Positions 1 through 13,764 of a stretch of 64,000 nucleotides of DNA are shown here, in pieces. The DNA is taken from contig NC_052146.1 in the NCBI RefSeq assembly GCF_902713615.1, positions 291,222,000 to 291,285,999 of the forward strand, in the 5' to 3' direction. A model generated the notes under the pieces. It did no database searches. It saw nothing but the letters and a program-made list of their open reading frames with translations, and was not told the origin of the DNA. Both the position numbers and the translations under genes were made by a program. Positions within the stretch are counted from its first letter, which is position 1, and each line of letters begins with the position of its first letter. This DNA comes from Scyliorhinus canicula (Eukaryota).

Positions 1-822
1 AGGGAAGAAAAAAAACATATTTTTTGAAATACTGAAGGTGGTTCAGAGCTCATAGGGAGCTCATACGAGTTATCACATATCCAGTTGGACTGAATGGCCT
101 ATTTCTGAGCTGTATAATTCTATACATGTTCAACTGTACCAAAATGGTTGGAGGACATTTAGTAAATTTGCACAATGACATTTGCCTTTGTGGTAAGTAT
201 TAAATACTTTTTTTTTGAAAAAGAAAAAATTAATACAAGAGTACTTGCACAGACTCACATTGGCAGGTAAAAACTAACTCAGTGAGTCTGTATTTACTGT
301 ATTATATGCATAAGAGCACAAAGCAAGTCCAAACTGCAAAACACTATTTTCTTTTGAATTTCTTGCAGCAATTATTTGGATATTGGGTCTAGGTCCCAAC
401 CTTGACCCCTGGAGAATTCTACAACAAACCTCCCTCCAGCACAAAAAGTATCCATTAGCAACTCTGTTCTGTCGCTCAGCCAAATCCATACCTTTTTGCT
501 ACTATCCCTATTATTCCATAAGCTATAGCTTTGCTCACAGGTCTGTTGTGTGGCACCATATCAAACGCCTTTTGAAGCCCATGTACACCACATCAACAAC
601 ATTACCTTGATCAACACTCTTTGTTATCTCTGCAAAACTCAAGTTAGTTCAATGTGACTTTCCCTTAGGAATTGCCTCTGCAATTCACACTCATTTCATT
701 CAGTATCCTTGGAAGCATCTGATCTTAACATAAGAACATAAGAACTAGGAGCAGGAGTAGGCCATCTGGCCCCTCGAGCCTGCTCCGCCATTCAATTAGA
801 TCATGGCTGATCTTTTGTGGAC

Positions 823-3800
823 TCAGCTCCACTTTCCGGCCCGAACACCATAACCCTTAATCCCTTTATTCTTCAAAAAACTATCTATCTTTACCTTAAA
901 AACATGTAATGAAGGAGCCTCAACTGCTTCACTGGGCAAGGAATTCCATAGATTCACAACCCTTTGGGTGAAGAAGTTCCTCCTAAACTCAGTCCTAAAT
1001 CTACTTGCCCTTATTTTGAGGCTATGTCCCCTAGTTCTGCTGTCACCCGCCAGTGGAAACAACCTGCCCGCATCTATCCTATCTATTCCCTTCATAATTT
1101 TAAATGTTTCTATAAGATCCCCCCTCATCCTTCTAAATTCCAACGAGTACAGTCCCAGTCTACTCAACCTCTCCTCATAATCCAACCCCTTCAGCTCTGG
1201 GATTAACCTAGTGAATCTCCTCTGCACACCCTCCAGCGCCAGTACATCCTTTCTCAAGTAAGGAGACCAAAACTGAACACAATACTCCAGGTGTGGCCGC
1301 ACTAACACCGTATACAATTGCAACATAACCTCCCTAGTCTTAAACTCCATCCCTCTAGCAATGAAGGACAAAATTCCATTTGCCTTCTTAATCACCTGTT
1401 GCACTTGTAAACCAACCTTCTGTGACTCATGCACTAGCACACCCAAGTCTCTCTGAACAGCGGCATGCTTTAATATTTTATCGTTTAAATAATAATCCCG
1501 TTTGCTGTTATTCCTACCAAAATGGATAACCTCACATTTGTCAACATTGTATTCCATCTGCCAGACCCTAGCCCATTCACTTAACCTATCCAAATCCCTC
1601 TGCAGACTTCCAGTATCCTCTGCACTTTTCACTTTACCACTCATCTTAGTGTCATCCGCAAACTTGGACACATTGCCCTTGGTCCCCAACTCCAAATCAT
1701 CTATGTAAATTGTGAACAATTGTGGGCCCAACACGGATCCCTGAGGGACACCACTAGCTACTGATTGCCAACCAGAGAAACACCCAACCAGAGAAACACC
1801 CATTTATCCCAACTCTTTGCTTTCTATTAATTAACCAATCCTCTATCCATCCTACTACTTTACCCTTAATGCCATGCATCTTTATCTTATGCAGCAACCT
1901 TTTGTGTGGCACCTTGTCAAAGGCTTTCTGGAAATCCAGATATACCACATCCATCGGCTCCCCGTTATCTACTGCACTGGTAATGTCCTCAAAAAATTCC
2001 ACTAAATTAGTTAGGCATGACCTGCCCTTTACGAACCCATGCTGCGTCTGCCCAATGGGACAATTTCTATCCAGATGCCTCGCAATTTCTTCCTTGATGA
2101 TAGATTCCAGCATCTTCCCTACTACCGAAGTTAAGCTCACTGGCCTATAATTTCCTGCTTTCTGCCTACCTCCTTTTTTAAACAGTGGCGTCACGTTTGC
2201 TAATTTCCAATCCACCGGGACCACCCCAGAGTCTAGTGAATTTCGGTAAATTATCACTAGTGCATCTGCAATTTCCCTAGTCATCTCTTTTAGCACTCTG
2301 GGATGCATTTCATCAGGGCCAGGAGACTTGTCTACCTTTAGCCCCATTAGCTTGCCCATCACTCCCTCCTTAGTGATAACAATCCTCTCAAGGTCCTCAC
2401 CTGTCATAGCCTCATTTCTATCAGTCGCTGGCATGTTATCTGTGTCTTCCACTGTGAAGACCGACCCAAAAAACCTGTTCAGTTCCTCAGCCATTTCCTC
2501 ATTTCCCATTATTAAAACTCCCTTCTCATCCTCTAAAGGACCAATATTTACCTTAGCCACTCTTTTTTGTCTTATATATTTGTAAAAACTTTTACTGTCT
2601 GTTTTTATATTCTGAGCAAGTTTACTCTCATACTCTATCTTACTCTTCTTTATAGCTTTTTTAGTAGCTTTCTGTTGCCCCCTAAAGATTTCCCAGTCCT
2701 CTAATCTCCCAGCAATCTTTGCCACTTTATATGCTTTTTCCTTCAATTTGATACTCTCCTTTATTTCCTTAGATATCCATGGTCGATTTTCCCTCTTTCT
2801 TCCGTCCTTCCTTTTTGTTGGTATAAACCTTTGCTGAGCACTGTGAAAAATCGCTTGGAAGGTTCTCCACTGTTCCTCAACTGTTCCACCATAAAGTCTT
2901 AGCTCCCAGTCTACCTTAGCTAGTTCTTCTCTCATCCCCTTGTAATCTCCTTTGTTTAAACACAAAACACTAGTATTTGATTTTACTTTCTCACCCTCCA
3001 TCTGTATTTTAAATTCCACCATATTGTGATCGCTCCTTCCGAGAGGATCCCTAACTATGAGATCATGAATCAATCCTGTCTCATTACACAGGACAAGATC
3101 TAGGACCGCTTGTTCCCTCGTAGGTTCCATTACATACTGTTCTAGGAAACTTTCGCAGATACATTCTATAAACTCCTCCTCACGGTTGCCTTGACCGACC
3201 TGGTTAAACCAATCGACATGTAGATTAAAATCCCCCATGATAACTGCTGTACCATTTCTACATGCATCAGTTATTTCTTTGTTTATTGCCTGCCCCACCA
3301 TATCGCTACTATTTGGTGGCCGATAGACTACTCCTATCAGTGACTTTTTCGCCTGACTATTCCTGATTTCCACCCAAATGGATTCAACCTTATCCTCCAT
3401 AGCACCGATGTCATCCCTTACTATTGCCCGGATGTCATCCTTAAATAACAGAGCAACACCACCTCCTTTACCATCCACTCTGTCCTTCCGAACAGTTTGA
3501 TACCCTCGGATATTTAACTCCCAGTCGTGACCATCCTTTAACCATGTTTCAGTAATAGCCACTAAATCATAGTCATTTACGATGATTTGTGCCATCAACT
3601 CATTTACTTTATTCCGAATACTACGAGCATTCAGGTAAAGTACACTTATGTTGGTTTTTTTACCTCTGTTTTGAATCTTAACATCTCCAGTTTTATTCCT
3701 TTTGTTATTACTGGGCCTATTCACTGAGCTCCCCTCAGTCACTGTACCTTGTACTGTCGCCCTTTTAGATTTTTGACTATGTCTTCTCTGCGTTGCACTT

Positions 3801-3880
3801 TTCCCCTTACTTCCTTTTGCTTCTGTCCCTGTTTTACTACCTTCCAACTTCCTGCATCGGTTCCCATCCCCCTGCCACAT
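823..3880 (-). pseudogene. CR1 ORF2p (AP endonuclease + reverse transcriptase), frameshifted once
   Basis: Endonuclease motifs YLNARS, ITETW, GDFN and SDH; RT motifs YRPVSLTS, DFQKAFDKV, GVPQGSVLGP and FADD. The frame break coincides with a 16-bp tandem duplication at 1768-1799. Confidence 0.92.
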
Positions 3881-4772
3881 TAGTTTAAACCCTCCCCAAC
3901 AGCTCTAGAAAACACCCCCCCTAGGACATCGGTTCCAGTCCTGCCCAGGTGCAGACCGTCCGGTTTGTACTGGTCCCACCTCCCCCAGAACCGGTCCCAA
4001 TGCCCCAGGAATTTGAATCCCTCCCTCTTGCACCATCTCTCGAGCCACGCATTCATCCTGTCTATCCTGACATTCCTACTCTGACTAGCTCGTGGCACTG
4101 GTAGCAATCCTGAGATTATTACCTTTGAGGTCCTACTTTTTAGTTTAACTCCTAACTCCCTGAATTCCGCTTGTAGGACCTCATCCCGTTTTTTACCTAT
4201 ATCGTTGGTGCCTATGTGCACCACGGCAGCTGGCTGTTCACCCTCCCCCCCCACCCCCAGAATGTCCTGCAGCTGCTCCGAGACATCCTTGACCCTTGCA
4301 CCAGGGAGGCAACATACCATCCTGGAGTCTCGATTGCGTCCACAGAACCGCCTGTCTATTCCCCTTACGATCGAGTCCCCTATCACTATAGCCCTGCCAT
4401 TTTTCTTCCTGCCCTGCTGTGCAGCAGAGCCAGCCACGGTGCCATGAACCTGGCTGCTGCTGCCTTCCCCTGGTGAGCCATTTCCCTCAACAGTATCCAA
4501 AGCGGTATATCTGTTTTGCAGGGAGATGACCGCAGGGGACACCTGCACTGCCTTCCTACTCTTGCTCTTTCTTTTGGTCACCCATTTTCTATCTCCCTCA
4601 GTAACCTTCACCTGTGGTGTGACCAACTCGCTAAACGTGCTATCCACGACCTCCTCAGCATCGCGGATGCTCCAAAGTGAGTCCATCCGCAGCTCCAGAG
4701 CCGTCAAGCGGTCTAACAAGAGCTGCAACTGAACACACTTCTTGCACGTGAAGGAGCCAGGGACAGTGGACG
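3880..4772 (-). CDS. CR1 ORF1p (partial zinc finger/leucine zipper + SGNH esterase), N-terminus truncated
   Basis: CKKC followed by a heptad repeat (QLQLLLDRLTALEL). SGNH motifs IVIGDS, HIGTND and DGLH are present. The track's ATG at 4791 lies outside the TSD, in flanking DNA. Confidence 0.88.
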
Positions 4773-4916
4773 TGATCTTGTCCCTTTCCATTTTAAATCC
4801 ACCTAGTGCCTGAACTATCTAATCTTTCATGGCCTAGGTCACATCTTTCTTCTTAAAGACAGATGCAATGTAATAATTTAGTACATCAAATCCTAATAAC
4901 ATCCATTACAGAGATA

Positions 4917-5113
4917 GGGGCTTGTTTAGCTCACTCAGCTAAATCGCTGGCTTTTAAAGCAGACCAAGCAGGCCAGCAGCACGGTTCGATTCCCGTACCA
5001 GCCTCCCTGGACAGGCGCCGGAATGTGGCGACTAGGGGCTTTTCACAGTAACTTCATTGAAGCCTACTCGTGACAATAAGCAATTTTCATTTCATTTTTC
5101 ATTTCATTTTCAT
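4917..5113 (+). mobile_element. Short tRNA-derived SINE with (TTTCA)n tail
   Basis: A-box-like 5' end and B-box GGTTCGATTCC. Near-identical copies at 36150-36333, 39091-39262 and (minus) 22217-22370. Confidence 0.85.
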
Positions 5114-5282
5114 ACAGTTTATTTACATCTCTTCAGCATACACAAGGTTCTGCACTGCATGCTATAAGCAAACAATGAGTTTGGGAGGTGTTTATAATCC
5201 ACTCCTATTAATTCAAAGCAATTTAATCAGATAGACTGGGTAATTTGAATATGCTGAACTGTATTGTAATTGCTTACTTTGA

Positions 5283-5484
5283 ATAATAATAATAATTTTT
5301 ATTGTCACAAGTAGGCTTACATTAACACTGCAATGAAGTTACTGTGAAAAGCTCCTGAGGAAAACCACGCAGACACAGGGAGAATGTGCAGACTGCGCAG
5401 AGACAGTGTCCCAAGCCTGGAATCGACCCTGGGACCCTGACGCTGTGAAGCTACAATGCTAACCACTGTGCTACCATGCTACCC
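5283..5484 (-). mobile_element. Internally deleted HE1/V-SINE-like element
   Basis: The reverse complement reads GGTAGCATGGTAGCACAGTGGTTAGCA...GTCTGCGTGGTTTTCCTC, joined to the AGCCTACTTGTGACAATAAA(TTA)n tail. Confidence 0.75.
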
Positions 5485-6929
5485 TGAATGACAGGACTGA
5501 AGAAAAACAACTGGATTAAATAGTAGGCTGCGTTTTGTTTACCCAACCCAAGATTACAATAAAGATTTACCAAAAAGTGGCAAGAAAGCCAAGATTTTTG
5601 AGTAGGCTGAGCATCCAGATATTGAAAATATTTAACTGCATTATTCTTTTCAACCATTTGTGTGGTGGCTATATTTCAACAAGTCCTGGAGGACCATAAT
5701 GCTATCCCACTTCGGCATCAACATCAAACATTTCCAAGGCAGGTATAGCACCAGTCACAAAATAAAGCTTTCATTTAATTAATTCAAGAATGTGCCGAGA
5801 AGAGCATTGCTTTCTTCAACAATTTCATCTTCCACATCAAGTTCCTTGTGGCCCAAGTAAGATTGCCAATGTCATGCCAACTTGGTATTAGATTTTGAAT
5901 ATAGGTCCATGTCCATCAAAAGCTGGATTGAAACTTCCCAAACTCTATTTGCTTAAAATTCTCCAGAGAGAGTGGATATTTATCTAATCGGAGTTTGACT
6001 GAAATCCAGGGCGATTGTTCCGAGGCACACTACGCCCCCCAAATTCCTTCCCTATTATACATTTATGTCAGACCAACTTGAAATTATCCTTTAAATGTTG
6101 TAAAAAGAATTAGGTATTAAAACGTGAGGCACAAGAAAGAGAACATGCAATCTTACAAAGGTTGAGTAATAATTTCGATATACCATTCATTTTAATCTGA
6201 AAGGATTCATGTGCACACATATTTGTTGCTGAGGGAGAACGAATACAAGAGAAGTGTGAGAGCTGATTCACACTGTATTAAATTTTTGTGACAACTCAAA
6301 AAATAAATAATTCTATTCCACTAAAATGTGACACACAACTTTAGGAAACAAACTCCAATCCTAAAACACTTTTATATTCTTCCTACTCACTCGTATCGGC
6401 AGGACTTTGCACACTTTGGCCATCTGGAAAAAATTTAAACATGAAGTTATCCAAAATAAAATGCATAAAGAGGAGGGGAATGAAAACAAAAGCTTTAGAA
6501 ATGCTGGAAAACATTTGGGGGTTAACTCGTTTGGCAAATCATAAAAACTGAAATGAACTTGTGTGTGACATACATAAAGATGGCAATGAATGCATGTTGA
6601 AAAAACTATACCACAAACCTAATTAATTGAAGCCAGGAAAGTTGGATTTCAGACAAATATTAGATGTGGCAATAATGAAGCATTTCATTTTGGATTCATT
6701 CAAATCTGCTGCTTCCCTCTCCCAGGCTGAATTTATACAGAGAGAAAATCATTTTCAAAGAGTCAAGTTGATGTCTAAAGAGGTTCAATTCCTTACTCAC
6801 TGATATGGTTTCTGTAAACAGTATAAATTACTTCAGTAAATGCCTTCAAGAGATTCAAACAAAAATAAATCAGTTAAACTGAATCATCTTGATGGCAGTT
6901 TGAGTTCAATTGTGTATACAGCTGCATCA

Positions 6930-7100
<171 letters not shown>

Positions 7101-7914
7101 TTACTAAAATGCTGTTTCAACACTACGTCATCCTGTGGAGAGAAAACAAAACATATTTTTAGGTTCACTTATTTTTCACAGTACTACTAGAAGCATATTA
7201 TGCACCCTTCCATAAACGTTGTTGGATTCTCTGTGCTGATTAATGCCAGATGTCAGAAGCCATCACAGGAAATGACAGACTGCTGGATTTGAAGATGGCT
7301 AGAAATTTATATATAAGTCACCAGCTGTTATGAAGTGCAGCTGCTTGATACTTGCAACCTCTAAAAATTAACAACCAATCAAAAAAAAAAGCAAAAGCAA
7401 TTAAATGTATTTTGTAACACTGCTCTGCTTTTCTATGAAGTTATGTGTTGCATGTTGCAAGACTCTTCCCACATAGCAGTCTTTTGTAAATTGAATAATT
7501 GCAGCAAATCAGATCCAAAGTTTTCAACCATTAAAATAGTGGTTTTACTGTTAGACACTTGTGAATGTGCCGTATGACAGATTCTAAATGGCTACTATGT
7601 GAATACATTATTGCTGCAGCAGAAAAAGACTGCCTCCAAGGAAGCTGTTTTAACATCTTGTGGAAGAGAGAAATATTTGCAACATTAAGCATTCTTTAAC
7701 AAAATATTAAAGCTCCAGCATTACTTTGCAATATTTTTTCCTTCAAAAAAACATAATTATAGAATGCAGTTTGTAGCATATCTTTCCCTTTAAATAAGAG
7801 GAACATAAATCTAACTACAGTAGTCTGCATTTCCTAATTTCTGAAGGAAGAAAAAGTGAACCCATAAATTGACATTGATTTCCTTCTTTAGCAAGGAGTC
7901 TGTTGAAAAGGATC

Positions 7915-9425
7915 GCTGGAGCATGGGGAGAAGGCCAGTAGAATGCTAGCACACCAGCTCAGGAAAAGGGAGGCGGCCAGGGAGATAGGAAGAGTGAAGG
8001 ATAGGGGGGGGGGGGGTGGGGGGAGGAACATGGTCTTGGACCTAGTAGGGGTGAAGGGGGTGATCAAGGAATTTTACAGTCGGTTGTAGGAGTCAGAGTC
8101 CCCAGCTGGGGTGGAGGGGATGAGGCAATTCTCGGAGCGTTTGGAATTTCCGAAGGTGGAGGGTTTGTGGAGGGGCTGGGAGCCCCGATCGGGATTGTGG
8201 ACGTAGTAGAGGGATTGGAGGCCATGCAGTCAGGCAAAGCCCTGGGACCAGACGGTTACCAAGTGGAATTTTATAAAAAGTTTTCTGGGGTGTTGGGTCC
8301 GCTGCTGGTGAGGGCATTTAATGAGGCAAGGGAGCAGGGTGTTCTTCCCTCAACAATGTCACAGGCTTCGATCACATTGATCCTGAAGCAGGAGAAAAAC
8401 CCAGAACAATGCGGGTCATAAAGACCAATCTCCTTACTAAATGCTGATGCCAAATTGCTGGTCAAGATTTTAGCCTCGAGATTAGAGGATTGTGTACGGG
8501 GGGGGGATAGGAGAGGACCAGGTGGGATTTGTCAAAGGCAGGCATTTAACGGCCAACGTCAGGAGGCTCTTGAATGTCATCATTTATGCCCTCCGAACAG
8601 AGGGAGGTGGAGGTAGTGGTAACTATGGATGAGGAGAAGGCCTTCAACCGTGTGGGGTGGGAGTATTTGTGGGAGGTTTGGGTTTGTAGACTGGGTCCGG
8701 TTGCAGTACCAGGCGCCGGTGGCGTGTGCACGGACGATCCGGGTGAATTCGGACTACTTTAGACTACATCGAGGGACAAGACAGGGATGTCCAGTCTTCC
8801 CACTGTTGTTTGCCTTGGCCATATGAGCCTTTGGCGATGGTGCTGAGAATATCAAAGGACTGGAAGGGGCTAGTCCGGGGGGGGGGGGGGGGGGGGGGGG
8901 GGCAGCATAGGGTCTCGTTGTATGCGGACGACTACTCCTGTTAATTATGGGAAAAGTGAGGTTTTTGTGATCCTGGCGAGGGCAGGAGAGAAGGCTGGGG
9001 AGTTGCAGTTCAAAGTGGTGGGAAGGAGCTTTCGATACTTGGGAATGCAGGTGGCACAGGCATAAATTTAATCTGGCCCAGTTAGTTGAGCAAATGAAGG
9101 AGAACTTTTGGAGGCGGGACATGCCCCTGTTGTCACTTGCGGGGAGGGTACAGACAGTAAATAATAATAATAATTAATACTAATAATCACTTATTGTCAC
9201 AAGTAGGCTTCAATGAAGTTACTGTGAAAAGCCCCTAGTCGCCACATTCTGGTGCCTGTTCGGGGAGGCTTGTACGGGAAAGATGACGGTTCTCCTGAGA
9301 TTTTTGTTTGTTTTTCAGCGTCTCCCTATTTTTATACCAAAGGCCTTTTTAAAGCGGGTTAATGTGGTTATTTCTGGGTTTGTATGCGCCGGTAAAACCC
9401 CACGAGTAAGGAAAGTGCTTTTGGA
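7915..9425 (+). mobile_element. Decayed L1-clade ORF2 fragment
   Basis: Broken peptides GKALGPDGYQVEFYKKF, EKAFNRVGW and RGTRQGCP resemble ORF2 of the 13617-19718 element. A SINE tail is inserted at ~9160-9280. Confidence 0.85.
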
Positions 9426-9426
9426 G

Positions 9427-9608
9427 TGGATTGGCCATGCTAAATTGCCCGTAGTGTCCTAATAAAAGTAAGGTTAAGGGGGGGGGGGGGGGGGTTGTTG
9501 GGTTACGGGTATAGGGTGGATACGTGGGTTTGAGTAGGGTGATCATGGCTCGGCACAACATTGAGGGCCGAAGGGCCTGTTCTGTGCTGTACTGTTCTAT
9601 GTTCTATG
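9427..9608 (+). mobile_element. HE1-like SINE 3' portion with (TTCTATG)n tail
   Basis: GGATTGGCCATGCTAAATTGCCC...GAGGGCCGAAGGGCCTGTTCTGTGCTGTACTGTTCTATG. The same 3' piece recurs at 11401-11516. Confidence 0.75.
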
Positions 9609-9900
9609 CAAAACTGAAGACAATGGGAATCGGGGGGAAAGCTCTCCACTGGTTGGAATCAAACCTAGCACTAATGATGATGATTATGGGTGTTGGAGGA
9701 AAATCACAGTTCCAGGACATTATTGCAGGAGTTTCTCAGGATAGTGTCTTTGGCCGAACTATCTTCAGCTGCTTCATCAATGATCCTCCTTCCATTAGAA
9801 AGTCAGAAGTGGGGATGCCTACTGACAATTGCACAATGTTCAGCACCATTTGTGACTCCTCAGGCACTGATGCAGTCCTGGACAATATTCAGACTTAGGA
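9609..9900 (+). mobile_element. Old non-LTR RT fragment (CR1/L2/RTEX-like)
   Basis: Peptide GIGGKALHWLES...AGVSQDSVFGRTIFSCFIND...DNCTMF is a degenerate GVPQGSVLGP/FADD region. LINE 3' pieces at 31975-32535, 44596-45172 and (minus) 58345-58596 resemble one another and may be the same family. Confidence 0.65.
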
Positions 9901-12900
9901 TATTTTTGTGATTTCTCCCAGTAGTCAAATGTAGAATATTTCTGCCGTGCATTGATCTAATGAAGTGGGTTTGGAAAGGGACTGAATGGAATTTATCTCG
10001 GTGAGGAAGAACGTTTTAGTGCGCAAATGGCCACTTTAGTTTTTATGGAAGGATATCCTATTTTCCTCCGCATTCCCAACCCCATGCCATTTTCTTCTGG
10101 CTTTTCTGCAGATCCAGAATGCCTGGTGCACACATCCACCCCATATGGGTCAGGCTCCCTATTTTAAAATGGGGGGATGGGTTACGGTGAAAATCTGATT
10201 TTCTCCCATATACCATTTTCATCAAGTGGACCAAGGTTTTGGAAGTCCATTAAAAGTATATCAGGTTTGACAGTTCATGAGGAGTCTGGAACATTCTGAA
10301 AAGGTAAGTGCAAAGTGTTTTAAATATTACTATTAAGTGCTGTGCTGTAATGCAGATGAAGTGATTCATTATAGGGATCTATTTTTTTTAAAGGTAATTT
10401 GACTCTTTTAATCGGCCTGCCTTATATGTTTGTTCACATGCATAGCAATGCTTTTCAAATGGAGAAAACACCATATACAATAAAAAATATTACAAAATGT
10501 CCTATCAGCCTGTGCTGTCATATTTTCTACTATGATTTAAATGGATGTGGCTTATTTTTTTAAAACTGGCTTTGAAAAAAAAAATCTAACCACCCGTACA
10601 CTAATCAACAGGCACTTTGCTTTGAAAATGAAATGAGTTTTTGCTGTTCTTTCCTTCCCATAGAGCTGTGGCCATTATCAATGCTTCACAAGTCCTAATG
10701 CACAGGAGGTCTTCCATTCACCTGAATAAATGGCAGCTCAATAGGTCAGAATAACATATCGTCCCTATGAGCTGGCCCCTTAATGAAAGATTTTTCTAAC
10801 GTGGCTAATGCATGTTTTTCAGTATCACTGATATGGTGGTTTTTAGATGCCAAAGGGTTCATTTCTTTCCCCCCTATTCTGCCACCTCCCAGGAAAGTGA
10901 AATATTTTCCATTGATACTGCATGGAATTTGAGAATGGCACATAGTACATACTTGGTCAGTGGTATGGAGAATACATGGGGGGCATAGAAGTGGCAGGGA
11001 TGATTTGAGGCAGCATGAAGGATATATGGGAGGGACTGGTGATCTGGGGGGGGGGGGGTTCATGGGCTAGCATGAGCGATTGGTGGGAAGGTAAAGTTTA
11101 TGGGGACTTCAAACACCGTTGGGTTATGGTTGAAGGTCCGAGGTGGGCCTTCTACCTGATCCATCTCCTCCGCCTTATTACTCACATACTTCAACGCAGC
11201 TCATAACTTGCATTCTGAGCATTTCCTTGGTGTGAAGAGAGAAAAATGGCATGCAAAGCCGCACACAAAGGTCAGGTATGAAGGTTGCAAATAACAAAGC
11301 AGACAGGCTGGGATTTCCTGAGCCCAGAGGAAGATTATGTTTAAAAAGAATCTTGTTTAAAATCAAAAAGAGCAAGAATGAATATTCTTACATAACAATT
11401 GTTGGGTTACGGGTATAGGATGGATACGTGGGTTTGAGTAGGGTGATCAGGGCTTGGCACAACATTGAGGGCCGAAGGGCCTGTTCTGTGCTGTACTGTT
11501 CTATGTTCTATGTTCTAATATTTATTAAAACAATACTGCTTCGCAAAAGCAATACATTATTTTGCATTCTATTGTTTTGCCTACCCTCATTCAGATGGTC
11601 CTTAAAATTGTGACCATCAATCTGATAACTGCAATTTTTCGCCTGCTGGAATTGGTCAGATGGTTTTGACCATGATACAAAATGAAGTCATCCAAGGCCA
11701 CTCCTCTACTAATTCAGATCAAATTAATCTTAAAACATAGAAATGAATGTGACTCCCTTAAAATTCCAGTTCCTCTTGATGTCCAAGCACAGACTGTTTG
11801 TGTGTTTGGTTTGAAAACAGTCTAACCCACAGAAAATAATTACATCAGCTGAATGCTGGGGCTCATGCCAATTTGCAAAGCTGATAATCTTTAAATGATC
11901 TTTTGAATTAAAAGTAATTTTCTCTGCCATTTACAGGACAGCAAATGTTTCTTTCTGTCACCATTGTTTAATCATACAATATGCACTTCTTGGATGCTTA
12001 TGGGGTTAATTTACTGAATGTATGGGAGCCTCAGTAAACCTGCATGTATTCATTTTACACAATGAATTTGCATTCTGACTAAAGTTTTACAATTATATAA
12101 AAATAATAAATGACCATGGTGAAAGTAAAGCCATCAGCATTCATTTTATTTCTCCAATTGTTTTGTCATAAAATTAGGACAAGCCGAGAAAAATATCTTT
12201 GGATAAAATTGAACAGTAGCTGGATGATGCAAGAGCCTGCAACTGGCCAACATAATCACTTCACTGCTCACCCACAAGCCAATGTATTGCAAAAGTTTGC
12301 AGCAGCATTCAGATAGAAATTAAGAATTAACGTTGGACTCTGCAGTTCATCGGTGTTACATTTTTAAAAATTATTTCATGAAATATGAGCATCACTGACA
12401 AAACCAGCATTTATTGCCCATTGCTGATTGGCATTGAACTGAGGGCAGTTAAGTGGCAACCACATTGTTGTGGGACTCGAGTAAGCCAAACTAGATAAGG
12501 ATGGCAGATATCCTTCCTTAAAAGGTCTTTAGAGAATCAGATGGGCTTTTACAATGATCAATGATAGATGTCATGGTCACCATTGCACAGACTAGTTTCA
12601 TATTCCAGATTTATTTACTTAATTTAAATTCATCCATGGGTTTGAACCCATGTCCCTGGAGCAATAGGCTGGGTCTCTGGTTTACTAGTTTAGTGTCATT
12701 ACAATTATGCCACCATTTGGCCGATCTCTGGCCAAGAAATGCTTCATAAGGATACTGTACGTATTTTCCAAAGATTGAAGTGTGTCATTTGGAATAAGTG
12801 TTTATCACATTAAAAATGAAATAAAAAGGACTTGAAAATAACAAGGCTCCAAGGGTCACTCTTTCACACCTCCAAGCAATATCAACTGTGTGCTGGTAGG

Positions 12901-12930
12901 ACCCCATTTATAATTTGCCAGCCTTGCCTT

Positions 12931-13165
12931 CTTTTTTTTAAAAATATAAATTTAGAGTACCCAATTCATTTTTTCCAATTCAGGGGCAATTTAGCTTGGC
13001 CAATCCACCTAGCCTACACATCTTTGGGTTGTGGGGGCGAAACCCACGCAAACATGGGGACAATGTGCAAACTCCACACAGACAGTGACCCAGAGCCAGG
13101 ATCGAACCTGGTACCTCGGCGCCGTGAGGCAGCGGGGCTAACTCACTGCGACACCGTGCTGCCCT
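12931..13165 (-). mobile_element. HE1/V-SINE variant with A-rich tail
   Basis: The reverse strand begins GGGCAGCACGGTGTCGCAGTG, has B-box GGTTCGATCC and a V-like core, and ends in an A-rich tail. Confidence 0.8.
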
Positions 13166-13764
13166 GAAACTTGTCCTCTTGACCAAGAAATGGTAGTTAA
13201 GGAAAATTAAATTTTGCCTTAAAATTCAGCAAGTAACAATTTTAAATAGTTAATATTTAAACAGATGGTTTAAATGTATGTTCAAATTATTGAAGCAGTT
13301 TTGCCATAGGACAAAAAGAGGACTTTCCAAAAATACAGCTTTTTGCGGACACATTCAATGTCAGCAAATCCCTTCCATTTAATGGATTATAACATATGAC
13401 AGCCACAAGCGTTCATTTGTAGGGAAATATAAATGTATGAAGTATAGCATGGAGCTCACCAACCCAACACAAAGAGTTTTTAACAAGAGAAACTTAACAA
13501 GTGTGCATCTTTAATTTGGTGAACTTAATGTTGAAATACAAAAAAAGTGATGATTCAATAGCCTTTTAAAGAAAATCAAGGAGGTAATTGTTACTTGTTA
13601 GAATTTTAAAATCAGGACTTCCGGTTGCGGCTATGACCAGCTAAGTCGCACATTTGGCAGCTCCTGCGACAAAGGTGTTTAAGGGCCGATTGGAGGGCCC
13701 CGACGGTACTGTAAAGACGAATCCCGGTGGGGGAAGGCTCCCTGAGGAGAGTGAGACCAACTTT

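Larger units (their letters stand above)
727..4772 (-). mobile_element. CR1-clade LINE, slightly 5'-truncated and near-intact (ORF1 esterase + ORF2 APE-RT)
   Basis: Carries ORF1 and ORF2 (listed separately). The 3' tail is the (TTCTTATG)n microsatellite typical of CR1. A 7-bp direct repeat TGATCTT flanks it at 720-726 and 4773-4779 (candidate TSD). Confidence 0.95.

Noticed and set aside
260-489. 71-aa minus-strand ORF and nearby GTGAGT donor as a possible CEP170 exon
   Set aside because: All frames tested between plausible acceptors and the donor contain stops, and none resembles the expected next CEP170 peptide (SRSVDKQHAVINY).
4773-4791. ATG start of the 303-aa CR1 ORF1
   Set aside because: It lies beyond the TGATCTT TSD in flanking DNA. 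The first zinc-finger CxxC appears to be missing, so ORF1 is truncated.
4917-5000. tRNA gene candidates at SINE heads (also 43628, 41223 and others)
   Set aside because: A/B boxes are present, but there is no complete cloverleaf and they continue into SINE bodies.
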